Assembly: GCA_048013815.1 (NCBI GenBank)
Contig: CM106586.1
Location: 10,106,001 to 10,170,000, forward strand
From: Setoptus koraiensis
Lineage: Eukaryota; Animalia; Arthropoda
Length of the DNA stretch: 64,000 nucleotides
Direction of reading: 5' to 3'
Shown here: one piece after another, positions 12,240 to 25,905 of the stretch
Layout: each line of letters starts with the position of its first letter
Position numbering within the stretch: the stretch's first letter is position 1
The notes under the pieces: model-generated
Told to the model about the DNA's origin: nothing
Seen by the model: only the letters and a program-made list of their open reading frames with translations
Databases searched by the model: none
Position numbers and translations under genes: made by a program

Positions 12240-15128
12240 AGGTCCCGCCGATGGGGCTGTTGCCAGCCCCATTCGAGGAGTTGGGGATGGTAGCGTACAT
12301 CCCTAGCTTCCCGATACAGGATGAGCCCCAGCGCTCATCCTAGGAGGGGCTACAAGACGACTGCCTGTATAACCTGTTTTTCGACTCTTCTCTACTTAAT
12401 CCCTCGCAATCACCATGAAACCATTGGTTACGGAGGGCGTTTTTTCTCCCTTTTTATCGTCCTCCCACTCTTCATCGTCTTCCTAATTTTCATTTTCATA
12501 TTGCGCTTTTCTCGACTTTTTCGGATGCTCGTTGTCCCCTCAGTCAATGGACTGAGGCGGGGAGATCGTAGGTCGGGAAGTTGCTGTTGATTTACTACTC
12601 CCCAGTTCTCCCTCAATCTCCCAAATCTCCAGAAAACTAAAGAGAAATAGAAACTTCAGCTGACGAGAAAAAAAAAGTGTGACCAATATCGTGACCGATC
12701 GATAGTATGACCGATAGATAGTGTGACATTCCTACTTAAAAGTAATAAGATCTACGTTCGTAACATCCCTACGAATGCTAACTATCTGGTGGCTGCCAGC
12801 TATTTTGTTTGTTTTGTTTTTTTATTTACTTTCTAATCTCGCCACGATTGGTCACTAATCGCGGTGCAAGCAAACTAGCTAGGCAGACGGGTCTTTGAGC
12901 TTGTATCTCGTGCTATATGTGTCATGAAAAGTTTGATTTTATGTATGTAATAAAGCTGCCGATAATGATTAAACGGCGGAGGCACCTCACACTCGTATGT
13001 ACACAAATCGATTGGCTAGATGACAATAAACAAACAATGAAATAATGCAAGGCGAGCTTGTCAAACAAAAGCTCGTCATTCTACATTGTGGGTACTTTGT
13101 GGATGTTGGACAAGAGAAGATTAGCGATCAATAAACAACAACAGATTATGAGTGAGTAGACTCACACTTTATGATGGGACACACAGATCTGGAAATATCT
13201 AGATTATGTTAGATCCAGATTTTACGATTGGCGTATTCGGCGGTGTGTTCGTAATTCGTAAACCGTGTGTTCGTAAACCGGATCCGATACGACAATCACC
13301 ATCATTATTGGATTAGAAACAGATTTAATCTGCTTGCACTAAACGCTGATATCATGACATATCATAGTGATATCGCGCTGCTTGTCAGACGCGGACGCCA
13401 ACCGAACCGCTAGATACCTGGCAAGATACTTGGCTAGATGCTTGGCTAGATACATTGCTTGACATTCGGCCGGCTAGCTTGCCGAAGTGCGATGGCAAGA
13501 GCGTCGGATTTAGCATTGTGGTAACCACAATGTGGTTGGCCGTCGGTGGTATGCGCCGTCATGTGACTGCTGCTTTTATTGCTGCCTGCGATGTGGCGCT
13601 GCTGGGGATGGAGGGTCTGGCGATGGAGGAATCTAGATCTGGATAATTTAGATAATATAGGATAATCTAGATTGAGCCGCGCAACATAATTAGTTGGTGG
13701 CAGTGAGCCGAATGTTGGGCATGACAATGTGTGACATAATTAGCAGTTTTCAGCCGCGACACGACACATAATCATGTGCTTACGAACATGGGGCACCCGG
13801 CCGATTCACGCAATTGGCGCCATTAGTGACTTATGATTAGTCGACGGATTTTTCACCACACACAAGTCTCGTGTGTCAGAGGATTCATACAATGGCCATG
13901 CTGTGTATATGTTACATGGTCTAGATGATAAAGATGATGTTCTGAGTGTGTGTGTGTGTCGTGACGTTTGCTGACGTTCGGGTGTCACATCGGGCGTTTA
14001 AAACTATGCATTCCGTACGGTTAGCATGGATGTATAAATAGAATAAATAGAAAGAAAAAATGTGAAAAAAACGTTGAGATCAGCGCGAAATTGAAAAGTT
14101 AAAATTAGCTGCAACAGGTGACGGTTTATCGACGGGCCCCACGAGCGCGACCAATAGCAACGTGCCAACATTGAATTGGCTACATTGTGGGCCTGACATG
14201 TGATACACACGTCCTTATGCTCGTGTGTCTACAGACTCTATAGATAGCTGTGACCAAGATGACACAACGGTGACAAGCTCGCTGTTATTATTGATCTATT
14301 TTTGGGCATATTCACGTTAATAATAGAGGCCAACGTCAACAAACGAAGGTGAGCCGTTATGATACATGTGTTGTATACATTGTGCGTTGCTACACGTCAG
14401 ACACAGACAAACAAACGGACAGATATAAATAGACAGTGACGGCATTATCCGTATTTATACAAAAATAAACGCAACTCTCAGACGGAGCAAGTTAGCGAGA
14501 ATGGAGAAACGGCAGCGTAACGTCAGCGGCAGGTAATTTGATAGCAATGATGATCTAAAAACGTAGCAACAAACAAAAAACGATTACAACTGTTCATGAT
14601 TGTGGTGCGCGCCGTCACCAATTGAGTTGAGCACGCCGATCAATCAATCGGTGGCCAGTGATTATATTGACACGATTAGATTATATCCACAGATTATAGA
14701 AGCGCCAACAGCAAGCTATTACAGCAGGGGCAATATTAGATAACACATTGGACAATAAGCAGACAGCGGCGAGCGGATAATCAGCGACACAAGTGCCAAG
14801 CGTTCATCGACAGCGCGGATATCGGTCCAGTTGTGACTGGCTCGCCACAAGCGCTTGCAATTTCAAATTGATCGCTGGTTGGCTGGCTGGCATTTCAATT
14901 TTTGCTGCACACACTCAATCAATCATTAGCCAGGTGAATTAACAGTGTTAATTTAACAGCGATCAACAAGTTGAATACAGGTGAACGATTTTGTATTTTG
15001 TGTGACGCGTCGTCGGCGGCCGCAAGCGAGCAGCAACTCGGCGGACATTTGATACGAGACAATATTGGATACACGCGCGACACGCAAACGAGTTTGCGGG
15101 CGCCAGCGCCGACACGGACACCGACGGA

Positions 15129-15301
15129 ATCGTCAAGTTGGCCGATCGGCAGGATCGTCAAGTTGGCCGATCGGCAGGATCGTCATAGTTGGCCAATCGG
15201 CAAAATCGGCAGGATCCACAAAGTTGGCAGGATCCACAAAGTTGGCAGGATCGTCATAATTGGCCAATTGGCGAATTGGCAGGATCGGCAAAGTTGGCAG
15301 G
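15129..15301 (+). repeat. Compound minisatellite (25-bp ATCGTCAAGTTGGCCGATCGGCAGG x2, 18-bp ATCCACAAAGTTGGCAGG x2, plus variants)
   Basis: Tandem units read directly from the sequence. Confidence 0.9.
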
Positions 15302-15786
15302 ACTGGAGGCGCAGATTTGCCAGTTGATGGTTAGATAAAATCATCGGCGTTATCGATACCGTTGAACTGATCTCGCCGGATCCTGCGTGAAACGTTTCGT
15401 TGGCTCGCTCGCGGGTTGACTCGCCCGCGCCAGATACAACCGGTTGAGACGAGTTGAACGCGCACACATGAACAAACTGGCAACAAATGCCGGCGCACAG
15501 TGAGACACAGGAAGCTAACAATTGAAAGAAAAACACTGTATCTGTCGGGGATTTCAGTAATCCGAGATGGTGCCGTATGGTGCACGCTAGAGTGCGCGTC
15601 TCAAGCGATTCATCCAGTCTAGCTGACCCACACGAGCCGCTGGAGCGAGCCAACAAATGTGACTCGAGTCTATTCATCGTATTTATACAATTATAAATAT
15701 TTAGTGACAGTATATTTTTTAAATATCGTGCTTGTCGCTTGTAAATGAGCCATCGGTCCTTGTTTGCATCGTTCTGGATCGGCTAG

Positions 15787-18120
15787 ATGGCTCGCGAAAA
15801 CACGAAAGGTGGCGCACGATTGTGCAACGGCCAAGGCAGCGATTCAATGCCGCTGTTGCGCCAGCAAGCCAGCCAATGTGCCGCCACTGAGTGCACCGAT
15901 TGCCTAAATGAGTGCATCCAAAATCAAAAAGAAAAGGTCGCGAACGGCGCTAGTGTCACTGGCACAATATCGCTGTCTAGTGGCGGCGGCGGCGCTGCTG
16001 CCGCGACAAACAATTTAAATCAACGCGCACTTACGAGTGCCAGCACCAAGTCGCAAGCCGCTTGTGCCAATCACACCCAAGCAAAACAATCACAACACAA
16101 CAACAACAACAACAACAACGGCAAAAATGGTAACAAGTTCACAAATATATTATTTGACAGCTGTAACAGAATAAAAGAGGAACTCGAATTGTTACAGACA
16201 CAAAATTTGAGCATCAGCATGGATTTAGAGAAGATGGTCAAGGAAAAGAAGGAGCTCGAGCGCCAGTGTTACCTGTACAAGGAGCTCACCCAAGAGCTCA
16301 ATCTCGAAGCGTCGAAACAAAACGAAATGTGTAAGCGACTGTTCTCCATCATCACGCAAATGATGCCCTGCCTGGCGCCCCATCAGCAGCATCACGTGTC
16401 GCAAATGTTGGATAGGGTGAGAAATTTGTCAGCGGCCGACATTGACTGCATGCTGAGCAGCCTGCTGATGCAGCGCAAAACATTTGACAACAACAACGAC
16501 ACCATCACCAGCGGCACCAGTGGCAACCAGCCAACAAACATGACCACCACCGGCAAGTTGCCGCACCAGCACACCGGCCAGACCAGCCAAACCGGAAGTG
16601 CACAAGCGGCGGCCAGCCAGCAGCTGAACAGCGCCCCCAGCGGCCTCGGTATTGGCTCCGCAGCCGGCATGGGCATTGGCTCCGCAGCCGGCATGGGCAT
16701 TGGCGCCGCAGCCGGAGCCGGAAGTGGGAGCGGCATTTGCGGCAGCTCACTGAACCCGGCCCAAGTGGCCATGCTGCCGCTCGCTGCCATAAACTCTGGC
16801 ATGCCGACGAGCGTCGCGGCAACCAGCACAATCAGCGCAAAAGCCACCTCAACCATCACCACAAGCAGCGGCATGACAACCACCAAAATTTCGCCCGTCC
16901 CGTTCCATCCGCTTCCGGCCGGCCTAAGTGTGCCCTGGCACCTACTGGCCTCGCCACAAGCGCCACACCCCTCTCAGTTGGGCCCGCTGGCGTGCGGTTT
17001 GCCGCCGCCGCCGCCGCCCATGCCCCTGGGGCCCCCCATGTATCATCACCATCAGCCGCCGCCCGGCCACCCGCCCGCTCACTATGCGCACCTGCATCCC
17101 GTGGCACTTGCGCCGTCGCTGCCGCCGCCACCCCCACCGCATTTGAGCCACGACTACCAGACGGCGTCGTCGTCGTCGGCGGGCTTGCTGTCGGGAGTGC
17201 AGCAGCAGCCCGGCACCAATAACCCGTCGTCTACCACGAGCAGCAGCAACAGCACAACTACTCAGCCAGCTGCCCAACCACCGCCATCACTACCACCCCT
17301 GCCACCGCCTCCATCTAGCGGTCATTATGTAATTAATCAGCAGCAGCACAACAGTTACGCCGGAAGTGGCGCTCAGTACGTGCCCGCGGACACGGGCTGC
17401 GGTGCCGGCGGTGTGTTGGCGCCCCCGCCGCCGCCTCCAAGCTCGCTGCACATGTCACAAATGGACTTGAATTTGCTGCGATCTGGCCACCACCACGCCA
17501 TTCACCCTGCCAACGTTATGATGACCAATGCCAGTTTGGCGCAAGCTCAATCGTCTTACCTGGCGCTACAGCGCCAGTATCAGCACCAAAGCCACCACCA
17601 GCAACAACAATATCAGCAACATCAACAAATCAATAATTTATACGCCGCCATTCAGGCAAACAACGACTGCTTGCGTCAGCGCCACCAAGACGCCATCTAT
17701 TGGAGTGGCAACAGTGATTTGCATAGTCAGAATGGGGCCCCACACAGTCAGCAGCAGCAGCCGGGCGGTGGCGCCTCAGCAGCTCGTGCCAATACGTGCC
17801 TGGCCGGCAATTTAGACACCGGCAACAACAAGTCGTCGCATCGAGCGGCAGCGGATCCGACCAAAACTTTATTATCTCAGCCGGGCGAATCTCATCACAT
17901 TATGCAATCGCAACAGGTTGTGGCCAGCAATCTCTGCTGCGGCAACAACATCAACAGCGGCTTGTCCAGCAGTGGCAACAGCAACAACAGTGCCAACAAC
18001 AGCAACAGCAACAACAACAACAACAACAACAACAAGACGACTGGCACAGCTTCAGCTGGCCAAAGATCTCAACAACACCAGCAGCAGCAACAACAACAAC
18101 AGCAACAACAGCAACAGCAA

Positions 18121-18167
<47 letters not shown>

Positions 18168-18550
18168 GCAACAACAGCAACTACAACAACAGCAGCAACA
18201 ACAGCAACTACAACAACAGCAGCAACAACAGCAACTACAACAACAACAACAGCAGCAACATGTGATTAATCTCGATAGCTCGCCGAGGACTGCATCTCCA
18301 AATCTAACGAGCAACGGCAACAACAATAGCAACAAATGTAACGGCAGTGCGATTGCACAACAGCAACAACAATTAACTAAAAATAGCAACTGCGGCAACA
18401 TTGGCTCGGCAGGAAGCGCCGACCAGAACGTCAGCAAAAAGGTGCGCCTGATGCAACCGGAAACGACGGGCGACAACAGAGAGAAGGCGCTCGTTGCTGT
18501 CGGTCAGCAGCACCACAGTTTGGCGGCCAGCAACGGAACACAACAGCAGC

Positions 18551-18581
<31 letters not shown>

Positions 18582-19524
18582 AGCTCGATCGGCGAGCGCT
18601 GGCCGGCACCACCATCATCAGCAATTGCAGCAGCACTTGCTGGCTTCGACGCCCGATTCGCGGGACTTGGGCTACACAAATGAAACGCGCAGCGCCGACG
18701 ACACTGGTGCGGGCCGCCCGGGCGCCGACGACAGAGGCGGGTCGCCGCCGTCGGTAAACGGCTCGGGCCCGGATTCCGTGGGCGCCAAGAGTTCGAGGCA
18801 ACAACTTTCGAGCGGCAACAAATCGGCCTCGTTGACAACAAATCAGCGAATGCCGGGCTGCAACGCCGACTTGCGAGACGACGAAGTTATCGCCCTGTCG
18901 CCGCCCAAAAGTCGCAACAACAATCAGTCGGCACAACAACAATTACATCATAAACAAGTGTACGGCGGTCACGGTCATTCTGGCGGCCCGACGCTGAAAT
19001 TGCCCTCGGTCAGTGTGGGCGCGGTGGGCAGCAGCAGCGGTGACGGTGCGCCGATACGGTCGTCGTATCAGCCGGCAAACAGAACATCGGCAAAGATGTT
19101 GGCGCACAGTCACAACAGCGACAACGCCACCACAACCACGGGTAGCGAGGCCCTGTCCAGAAGTCGACATTTGCTCAAAGAATGCCTAAAGGACGCCGGC
19201 CCGGACGACGGCAGCCCGGCGGCCAACACGCCCAAACAGCACACTACCTACAGCAAGCACCATCGGGCTGCCGGCCCGAGCAAGCACGCGGTCGATGGGA
19301 AGCCGGACAGCAGTAGCCACTATCATCACCACAACAAGCCACAGGCGCCCAGTTTGTTGGGCCCGCTGGCGTCCGGTTATGCGCCAAAATGTCGGCCGAT
19401 ATTGAATTTGGCGCAAGCGGTTCCGGCCAGCAACGGCGCCGACGACGGCACCAGCTCAACATCTAACCTGTCCGGTGGCTCGTACTATCCGAGCACGGCG
19501 CCGGCGCGCATGGCCGACAGGTGA
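15787..19524 (+). CDS. Groucho/TLE-family protein with N-terminal Q domain and long low-complexity tail; no WD40 domain detected
   Basis: KFTNILFDSCNRIKEELELLQTQNLSISMDLEKMVKEKKELERQCYLYKELTQELNLEASKQNEMCKRL matches the TLE_N Q domain (KFTIADTLERIKEEFNFLQAQYHS...[33 protein letters not shown]). A possible donor AG|GTGAGG lies at the ORF end. Confidence 0.82.
18070..18258 (+). repeat. CAA/CAG polyglutamine-coding repeat (~60 codons) inside the Groucho-like ORF
   Basis: Seen directly; it also generates the shadow poly-C, poly-N and poly-T ORFs in the track. Confidence 0.95.
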
Positions 19525-20630
19525 GGGCAACAAATTGTTCAAACAACAAACAGATTATTGTATGGATTACAAACTGTAACAAATATATTGTAAAATATTG
19601 TGTTGAGCACACCACTGATTTATAATACTCTCAGTCGACCAAGCCAACAAATAAACACTAAGATTACGTTGAATTAATCCGCTGCGTCACTTTAATCCGG
19701 CGACATGCGCACCTGATTTGATTCTAGCTCTGGCGAGTCGTTCGAGTTGTATCCGGCAGGGGCGCCAACTCGAGAGGCGCACAAGGGACAGTGGACGACA
19801 AAATTGAGAGCCTCGGTGAACAATGGGGAGCCTCGGTGAATAATGACCAGCCCCAAAGGCATGAATGGGTGCCACATGTAACATTCGTAATGTTAGGTGC
19901 TATTGTGGGAGCCAGATGGCGCCCGTTTCCGTTGTCACTCGAAGCTGGCCAACGGTTGGGCCTGGCCAATAGCTCAGCCTGGCCAATCATCAAGCGAGGC
20001 TTCGACAGGTGGCGAGAACGGCGCAACCTGCGTGCGTTCGAAGTGTGCGTTCCGAGTTGGAAGTTGGCACTTCGAAGCGCCCCCGCGTCGGACAATGCCG
20101 GCCAAGATCGACTCGCCAATGTCACTCGATACGTTGTGTGTGTGTGTGTGTTGCTCATTAGTGGCAAATGAGTGTCGGCCAATCAACGGCGAGCCTTGGC
20201 ATCGCCGGCCTTTTATTAGACAGCTGACTGGGCTGTCTAATAAAAGTGCCCATTCACGATAATATTTATTTATTTATTTATTATACCAATTCACCTGTAA
20301 CAGGTCGCGTACAGCAGCAACTCTTGCTTTGAATTGTTACGTGTGTCGTTGTGTCGTTGTGTGTGTGTCCAATGCAAATGATCACAGACAGGCAAGCTGC
20401 AACAATAAACAACAACAATGCACTGATGACGTAATGACTTAAAGACATAAATGGACAATACGATAGATACATACAAATTACACAGGCGCACCAGATACAA
20501 TGGACAAAGGACACACGCAGAGACAATGGACAATGGATGTGATTTATGTATTTAATTTAACTGTATTAGTAGCTGAGTGTATTTGCAGTGATAGTGGCGC
20601 CACCAAGCTCACCTGTATACCTGATATCAT

Positions 20631-20674
20631 ATCAGTGCCTGATATTAAATCAGTGCCTGATATTAAATCAGTGC
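20631..20674 (+). repeat. 18-bp quasi-palindromic tandem repeat ATCAGTGCCTGATATTAA x2.4
   Basis: Seen directly. Confidence 0.85.
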
Positions 20675-22829
20675 ATTGAACGGCGCCTGTAATTTGTATG
20701 TATGTATCATTGCATTAGATCGGTTCATTAAATCAGTGTATTAATATAATGCTGGCGGGCACGCAAGCATGTCTAATGGAAACACCAACAGATGCCATGC
20801 AACAGCCAGAATTAGCCCGCCGGATTAGTCCTTGGCGACAACTGACAATCATTGCAAAGTCTATCTGTCAGTGTCCATTTATGTGTTTATCCGGCCAGCG
20901 TCGTATGTGTTCCACTTAATCGACTTGACCACACAGATCAAGGACGTCTTGTCTTTTGCGGAGTTCTTTTGCGTCACTGGCGCCTTCTTTCGCGAATTCA
21001 TTTATTTATTCTTTTCGCGCTGTTCTTTGCGCTGTTCCAATGGCGCCAAGCTGCTCGCCAGCTAATTGATTGGACACCGCCCGTTATGTTACGTTGACTA
21101 ACATTGTGCGTTTGTTCTAATCTGTTTGTTTGTATTAACATATACATGTTACATACGTATATATGTAAGTTATATAAGTATGTACATAAGTTTGCCAAAA
21201 CTAATCAAGGTGAACACTAATTCTGTGTGCCTGTCGAGCTTGCGAAATTGGCGGCCGCTTATTTTGTTGTGCGGTATTATTTTTGGCAATTCCCGCTTGT
21301 CACAACATAAGCAGCGCGACACATCCATACTCCCAATAATAATAATCCTAATAGCATATCCAATAATGTATATGCAACCGATATACATCCCGGCCCCAAT
21401 ATCTACATAATGTATAACCGGCCCGTCGGGAGCACCCGTTCGGGCCCGGCCGGGAATGCCCATGAAATGCCCAGTGCTAGTTGCGTTCTGGCATGATTCA
21501 GTGGGCAAGTCGGCCACTCTCTACTAGCGTTGCGAGAGTTGCGATCGTTTCGAGAGTTTTGAGAGTTTTGAGAGTTTCGAGAGTCAAGTGGAGAGTGCCC
21601 GCAACTCTCTACGCAACCCTCTCACTCGCGCCATTTCCATCGGTGCGTATCAATGCAAATCGCAACGCAGTGTTTGTTACAGTTATCTTCAATATTTGTT
21701 CGCGATATTTGTCGGCAATATCAATTTGTGACTGCACTGCAGTATGGGCTGCATTTGCATATTTGACCCCAATACAATGAAACCGATCAGTGGGCCAACG
21801 CCATTAATCGAGCCAGTGAAGCCTGAAGAAGATGATGGCGAGCTCGTTATGTCACTCCTCTCCCCTCGCTCCCTCTCTCTCTCTCCCTCACTGTGTTTGA
21901 AACACACACACGTCGAGCGACATTGACAAGTTTGGAAATTTTAAATTCCGCACTCAACTGTTTTGGCCAGCAAACAACAAACAGCAAATAACGAAAAACG
22001 AACAACGGATAGCGAATAACGAATGACGGATAAATATCAATCAAAACGGATAATCAATTTGCTGGGCCGACCGGCAAAACGCTTTGCCTTGCATCCTAAT
22101 TGCAGTGGCGCGCCAATTGCGATATCCGCATGCCTGAGCAACACTGATTGCTGGTCGCAAACAATGTAAGCCACTGCAATCTCGCATTACCTGTCCAACG
22201 GGCTACCCAATTGGCCGCCCAGTCACCTGTCGAACAGATGCGAGGGGGCGCATTGTTTTAAGCTCGGCGTGTAGGCATCAATTGATTGCCTGTGCTCGAC
22301 TGCCGCATCTAGCAAGGTCTGGCCGACGTTTGCCACCTTGGCCGTATATGTTGCGTTTCGGGCGCCTACAAAGGCCGGCCTAAAAGTTGTGCCACAATTT
22401 TTGCTTCAATTTTAATCAATTGTAATCAATTAGTCACTTCTATTTATAACTCGAAACTCGCAGCTCGAGGCTCGCAGCTCAAAGCTGACAGCGGTTGTTG
22501 TTGTTGTTGTTGTCGCGCCGTTGTAGCTGTCGCCCAATCTTGCAACCGCCAGTAATAATAGTGACAATCGTAATGCTCATAATAGTAATGCTCACAATGC
22601 CGACAGCCGAGATCGGAGGCAGCGACTGGATAACATTGAACATTCATTTCGCTTGTCGCACTTGTTACATGGCAATTGATCGACGAGGAAGCAAGTCAAT
22701 TAATGTTAACGAGCACTCAATTAGTGTCTCCGGCCGAACCAGTATCAGCTGATATGTCACTCACAAAATTGTCAGTTTCTGTGGCTAAACGGGTGGCTGT
22801 TTGTCGCCGCCCGCTTGCTACATTCAACT

Positions 22830-22880
22830 GACAGTCAGCTGACTGTCGGCTGACTGTCAGTCGACTGTCAGTTGACTGTC
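22830..22880 (+). repeat. Perfect 18-bp palindrome GACAGTCAGCTGACTGTC followed by three 11-bp GACTGTC-containing units
   Basis: Seen directly. Confidence 0.8.
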
Positions 22881-23640
22881 ATGCCGAAGGATAATTGCAC
22901 AACCAGATTCGCGAAGACTCGATGCTGGCCCAACCTGCCGCACTCTATGAGTGTGTGTTGCGGGCCCGCCGAAAGCGGAAACATATTTTATCATTTTGTT
23001 TAATGGCCATCCGCATCGCATTATTATTATCATGTTCGTGTCTAGGTCAACAGTGGCCACAATATTGCAGTGGCGACAACGGGCTTGCGCGTGATTTGCC
23101 CGCCAGTCGGTGACACTGCATCGCGAGTTGCGACACCTGTTGTCGCTGTCGAAGCGGTTGTTGCTGTCACGACACACTCTCAAACTGACTCGTTGCGTCT
23201 CAAACTGACGATTTGAATTATCTTTTATTGATCTGTCATGAGCACATGCGATATTTTGGCGATCATTGGCGATCTGCGATCTCAAATGTCAAACGAAAAT
23301 CAGCACAAGTCAGCATCATCATCAGAAAATTACCAGAAAGTTGCAAGAGACATGCAGTGAATCAGATGCAAATGCTAGTGTCAATCAAACGTCGACATCA
23401 TCATCATCTCAAAGTCACTGTCAAACACAATTATCAAACACGATCATCCGACACACTTGTCCGGCACAATTATCCGACTCAATTATCCGACACAATTACG
23501 CAACAAACAGAGCACGGCATATAACACTGTCATATCACATCGCAGGTGAGTAGATAACCAACGAGAATCAATAGAATAAATCAATGGAATGCGCGCCAAG
23601 CGGAAGCAGCCATGTGGCGGATGCTGGTCAGTTGCTTGTT

Positions 23641-23736
23641 GCTGACCAATAGTGAGCTGGCCAATAGTGAGCTGGCCAACAGTGAGCTGGCCAACAGTGA
23701 GCTGGCCAACAGTGAGCTGGCCAACAGTGAGCTGGC
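23641..23736 (+). repeat. 15-bp tandem repeat GCTGGCCAA(C/T)AGTGA x6.4
   Basis: Six complete units with no spacers. Confidence 0.95.
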
Positions 23737-24142
23737 GACACTTAATTGATCTCGAGTCAAGTCATTATGTCATATCATATGACTCATGTGTTTGTTTGGT
23801 GTTGCTCGATGAGCAACCAATCGCCGGACAACAATAGCTGGCTAAAACGGCAACAGTTGTGCAGCAACTCGACAACAACAAACAAAGTTACCGTTGCTTC
23901 GTTTGCGTGAGAAATGACAAATCTCACACCAATCTCGCTCAATTTGTCATTGTTGAGCTCGTTTGCTGTCACTTGTTTGTTTTGGTAGCAGCCAGCTGAG
24001 TGAGTTGTCCGTTGAAAGTTGACAGTTGACAGTCGAGCTGCAAACAAACCATCAACCACCCACCAGCTGACTGGCCAGCTGACCGACCATCAGCTGACCA
24101 TTGCCGCTACGATGCCTATTGACCGATCTTTGCGCTCTTACT

Positions 24143-24193
24143 CGAGACACCCGAGACACACGAGACACCTGAGACATCTGAGACGCCTGAGAT
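24143..24193 (+). repeat. 9-bp degenerate tandem repeat (C/T)GAGACACC x5.6
   Basis: Seen directly. Confidence 0.8.
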
Positions 24194-25905
24194 GATATTC
24201 ACAGCCGATACGGCCGATACATCCGGATGGCCGGATTCAGTTGGGTTTAGCTGGATCGCATTTGGCCAGATCGCATTCGGTTGGATCGCGTTCGATTGGG
24301 TCGCGTTTGGCCGTTGGATTCAGCTTGGCGCTCGCAATGTTAGTTAGCTAAATTAGTCAGAGGCAGGCGGCTAAATTAGTGACAGCCAGTTAGACTGGCC
24401 AGACAATTGTGCGATCCGGCCGGCATCGGATGCAAACAGTGGCCAGCAATGTGTAACAGCGGCAACCCGACAGTGACAGTCGGGCACAAACAACAGCTAA
24501 CAGTACGCAATCAAGGTGTGCCAACGAAAGTAATATCTCAATCAATCTCTGGCTGTTGTTTGCACAACCTGTTGCTTTTACTGGCCCACTCACTTGTGCG
24601 ACTTGCAAGTGTCACAGTCGCAACAAACTCGCTGCCAACTTACCTGTGTCACTCTGGTCTGTTTGTGATCTGTTTGAGCTGGATGGTGCTGCTGCTGCTG
24701 CTACTGTGGCGTAATGGTCGCAACAGCAACAGGTAAAATAATGACGTAACAACGAACTGGCCACAACAAACAACATGCTGCGCACCAGTTGGCTAGTTGG
24801 CAGTATCAGCGCTACGATATTTAACAGTGAGTTTGGATATCCACCAATGTCGCAAACAAATTGCTCGCTCTGACTGTTGTCGTTGTTGCTGTTGCTCTGG
24901 CTGTCGCTGTTGCTCTGGCTGTTGCTGTTGTTGTCGCCAAACAATCAGAATCACTTGGCAGCCAGCTTCGCACTGTGTGAGCGCCAGCAAAAGCATTGTG
25001 CGACGGACACATATCGGGATATATTGAGATACGCTGAGATATACTGGCAATTGTGAGATATACTCCGATTTGTGAGACACAGTGCCGTAATCACTGTTGC
25101 TTGAACCATGTGGCTCGCTGTTATGGAATGAGTTCACCTGTTGCTGTGTGTATGATTAGCATTGTCGTTATTATCATTGTCATTTCATTTATAATTTGAG
25201 TCGCCACTGGGTGTATCGAGCAAATCGCATAGCACTGGCTGTTAGTTGGTAGTTGCTAGTTGTTTGTTTGTGTCCATTCGACTTTTTTGTTTGTTATGTC
25301 GCCAAGTTGAGCACACTCACACACACAATGTTAACACAATTTTAACACAACACTCACTCATTGCACTCACTATGCAAATTCTGCCACTGACAAATTCATA
25401 AACAATAGCGCCCGCATTACGCCGCATATTATGCAACACAATTATGCACTGTCATGTAATACAAACATACACAACATAATTGTATGATTAATTCTCCATT
25501 CCTCTCATCAATTTCGCCACCATTTTAACATCAATCAATCGATTTGCTCAAATTCATTTCCTCGAATCGCCGAATTGCCCCCAAACTGTCCTCAAACCGT
25601 CCTCAAATTGTCCCCAAATTGTGTGTGCCCGCCATCGATGACAATGCTCACAAGCCACATCATACGACCCAACCAACAACAGTTTACACACAGCGGCCTC
25701 ACATGCTCAAAACGATACAACAACAGCAACAACAGCAGCAACAGCAGCAACAACAACAACAACAACGTCAATAACAAGACACCTTATAGCCCCAATTGGC
25801 AATCATAAACACAATTGCACTTCAATTTCAATCCAATCAACAGCTCGTCATTAAATATTGCATCACAACTCTGCTGTGCGGCCTCAGTTCAGACACACAT
25901 TTTGA

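Noticed and set aside
16392-19462. Poly-Cys, poly-Thr, poly-Asn and other ORFs overlapping the Groucho-like gene
   Set aside because: Alternate frames of CAA/CAG repeats and GC-rich sequence.
19750-20171. Possible downstream Groucho exon
   Set aside because: It can be spliced in frame but encodes no WD40 or other recognisable Groucho sequence.
23641-23736. Regular repeat array considered as CRISPR
   Set aside because: Head-to-tail 15-mers with no unique spacers, no cas genes, and eukaryotic context.
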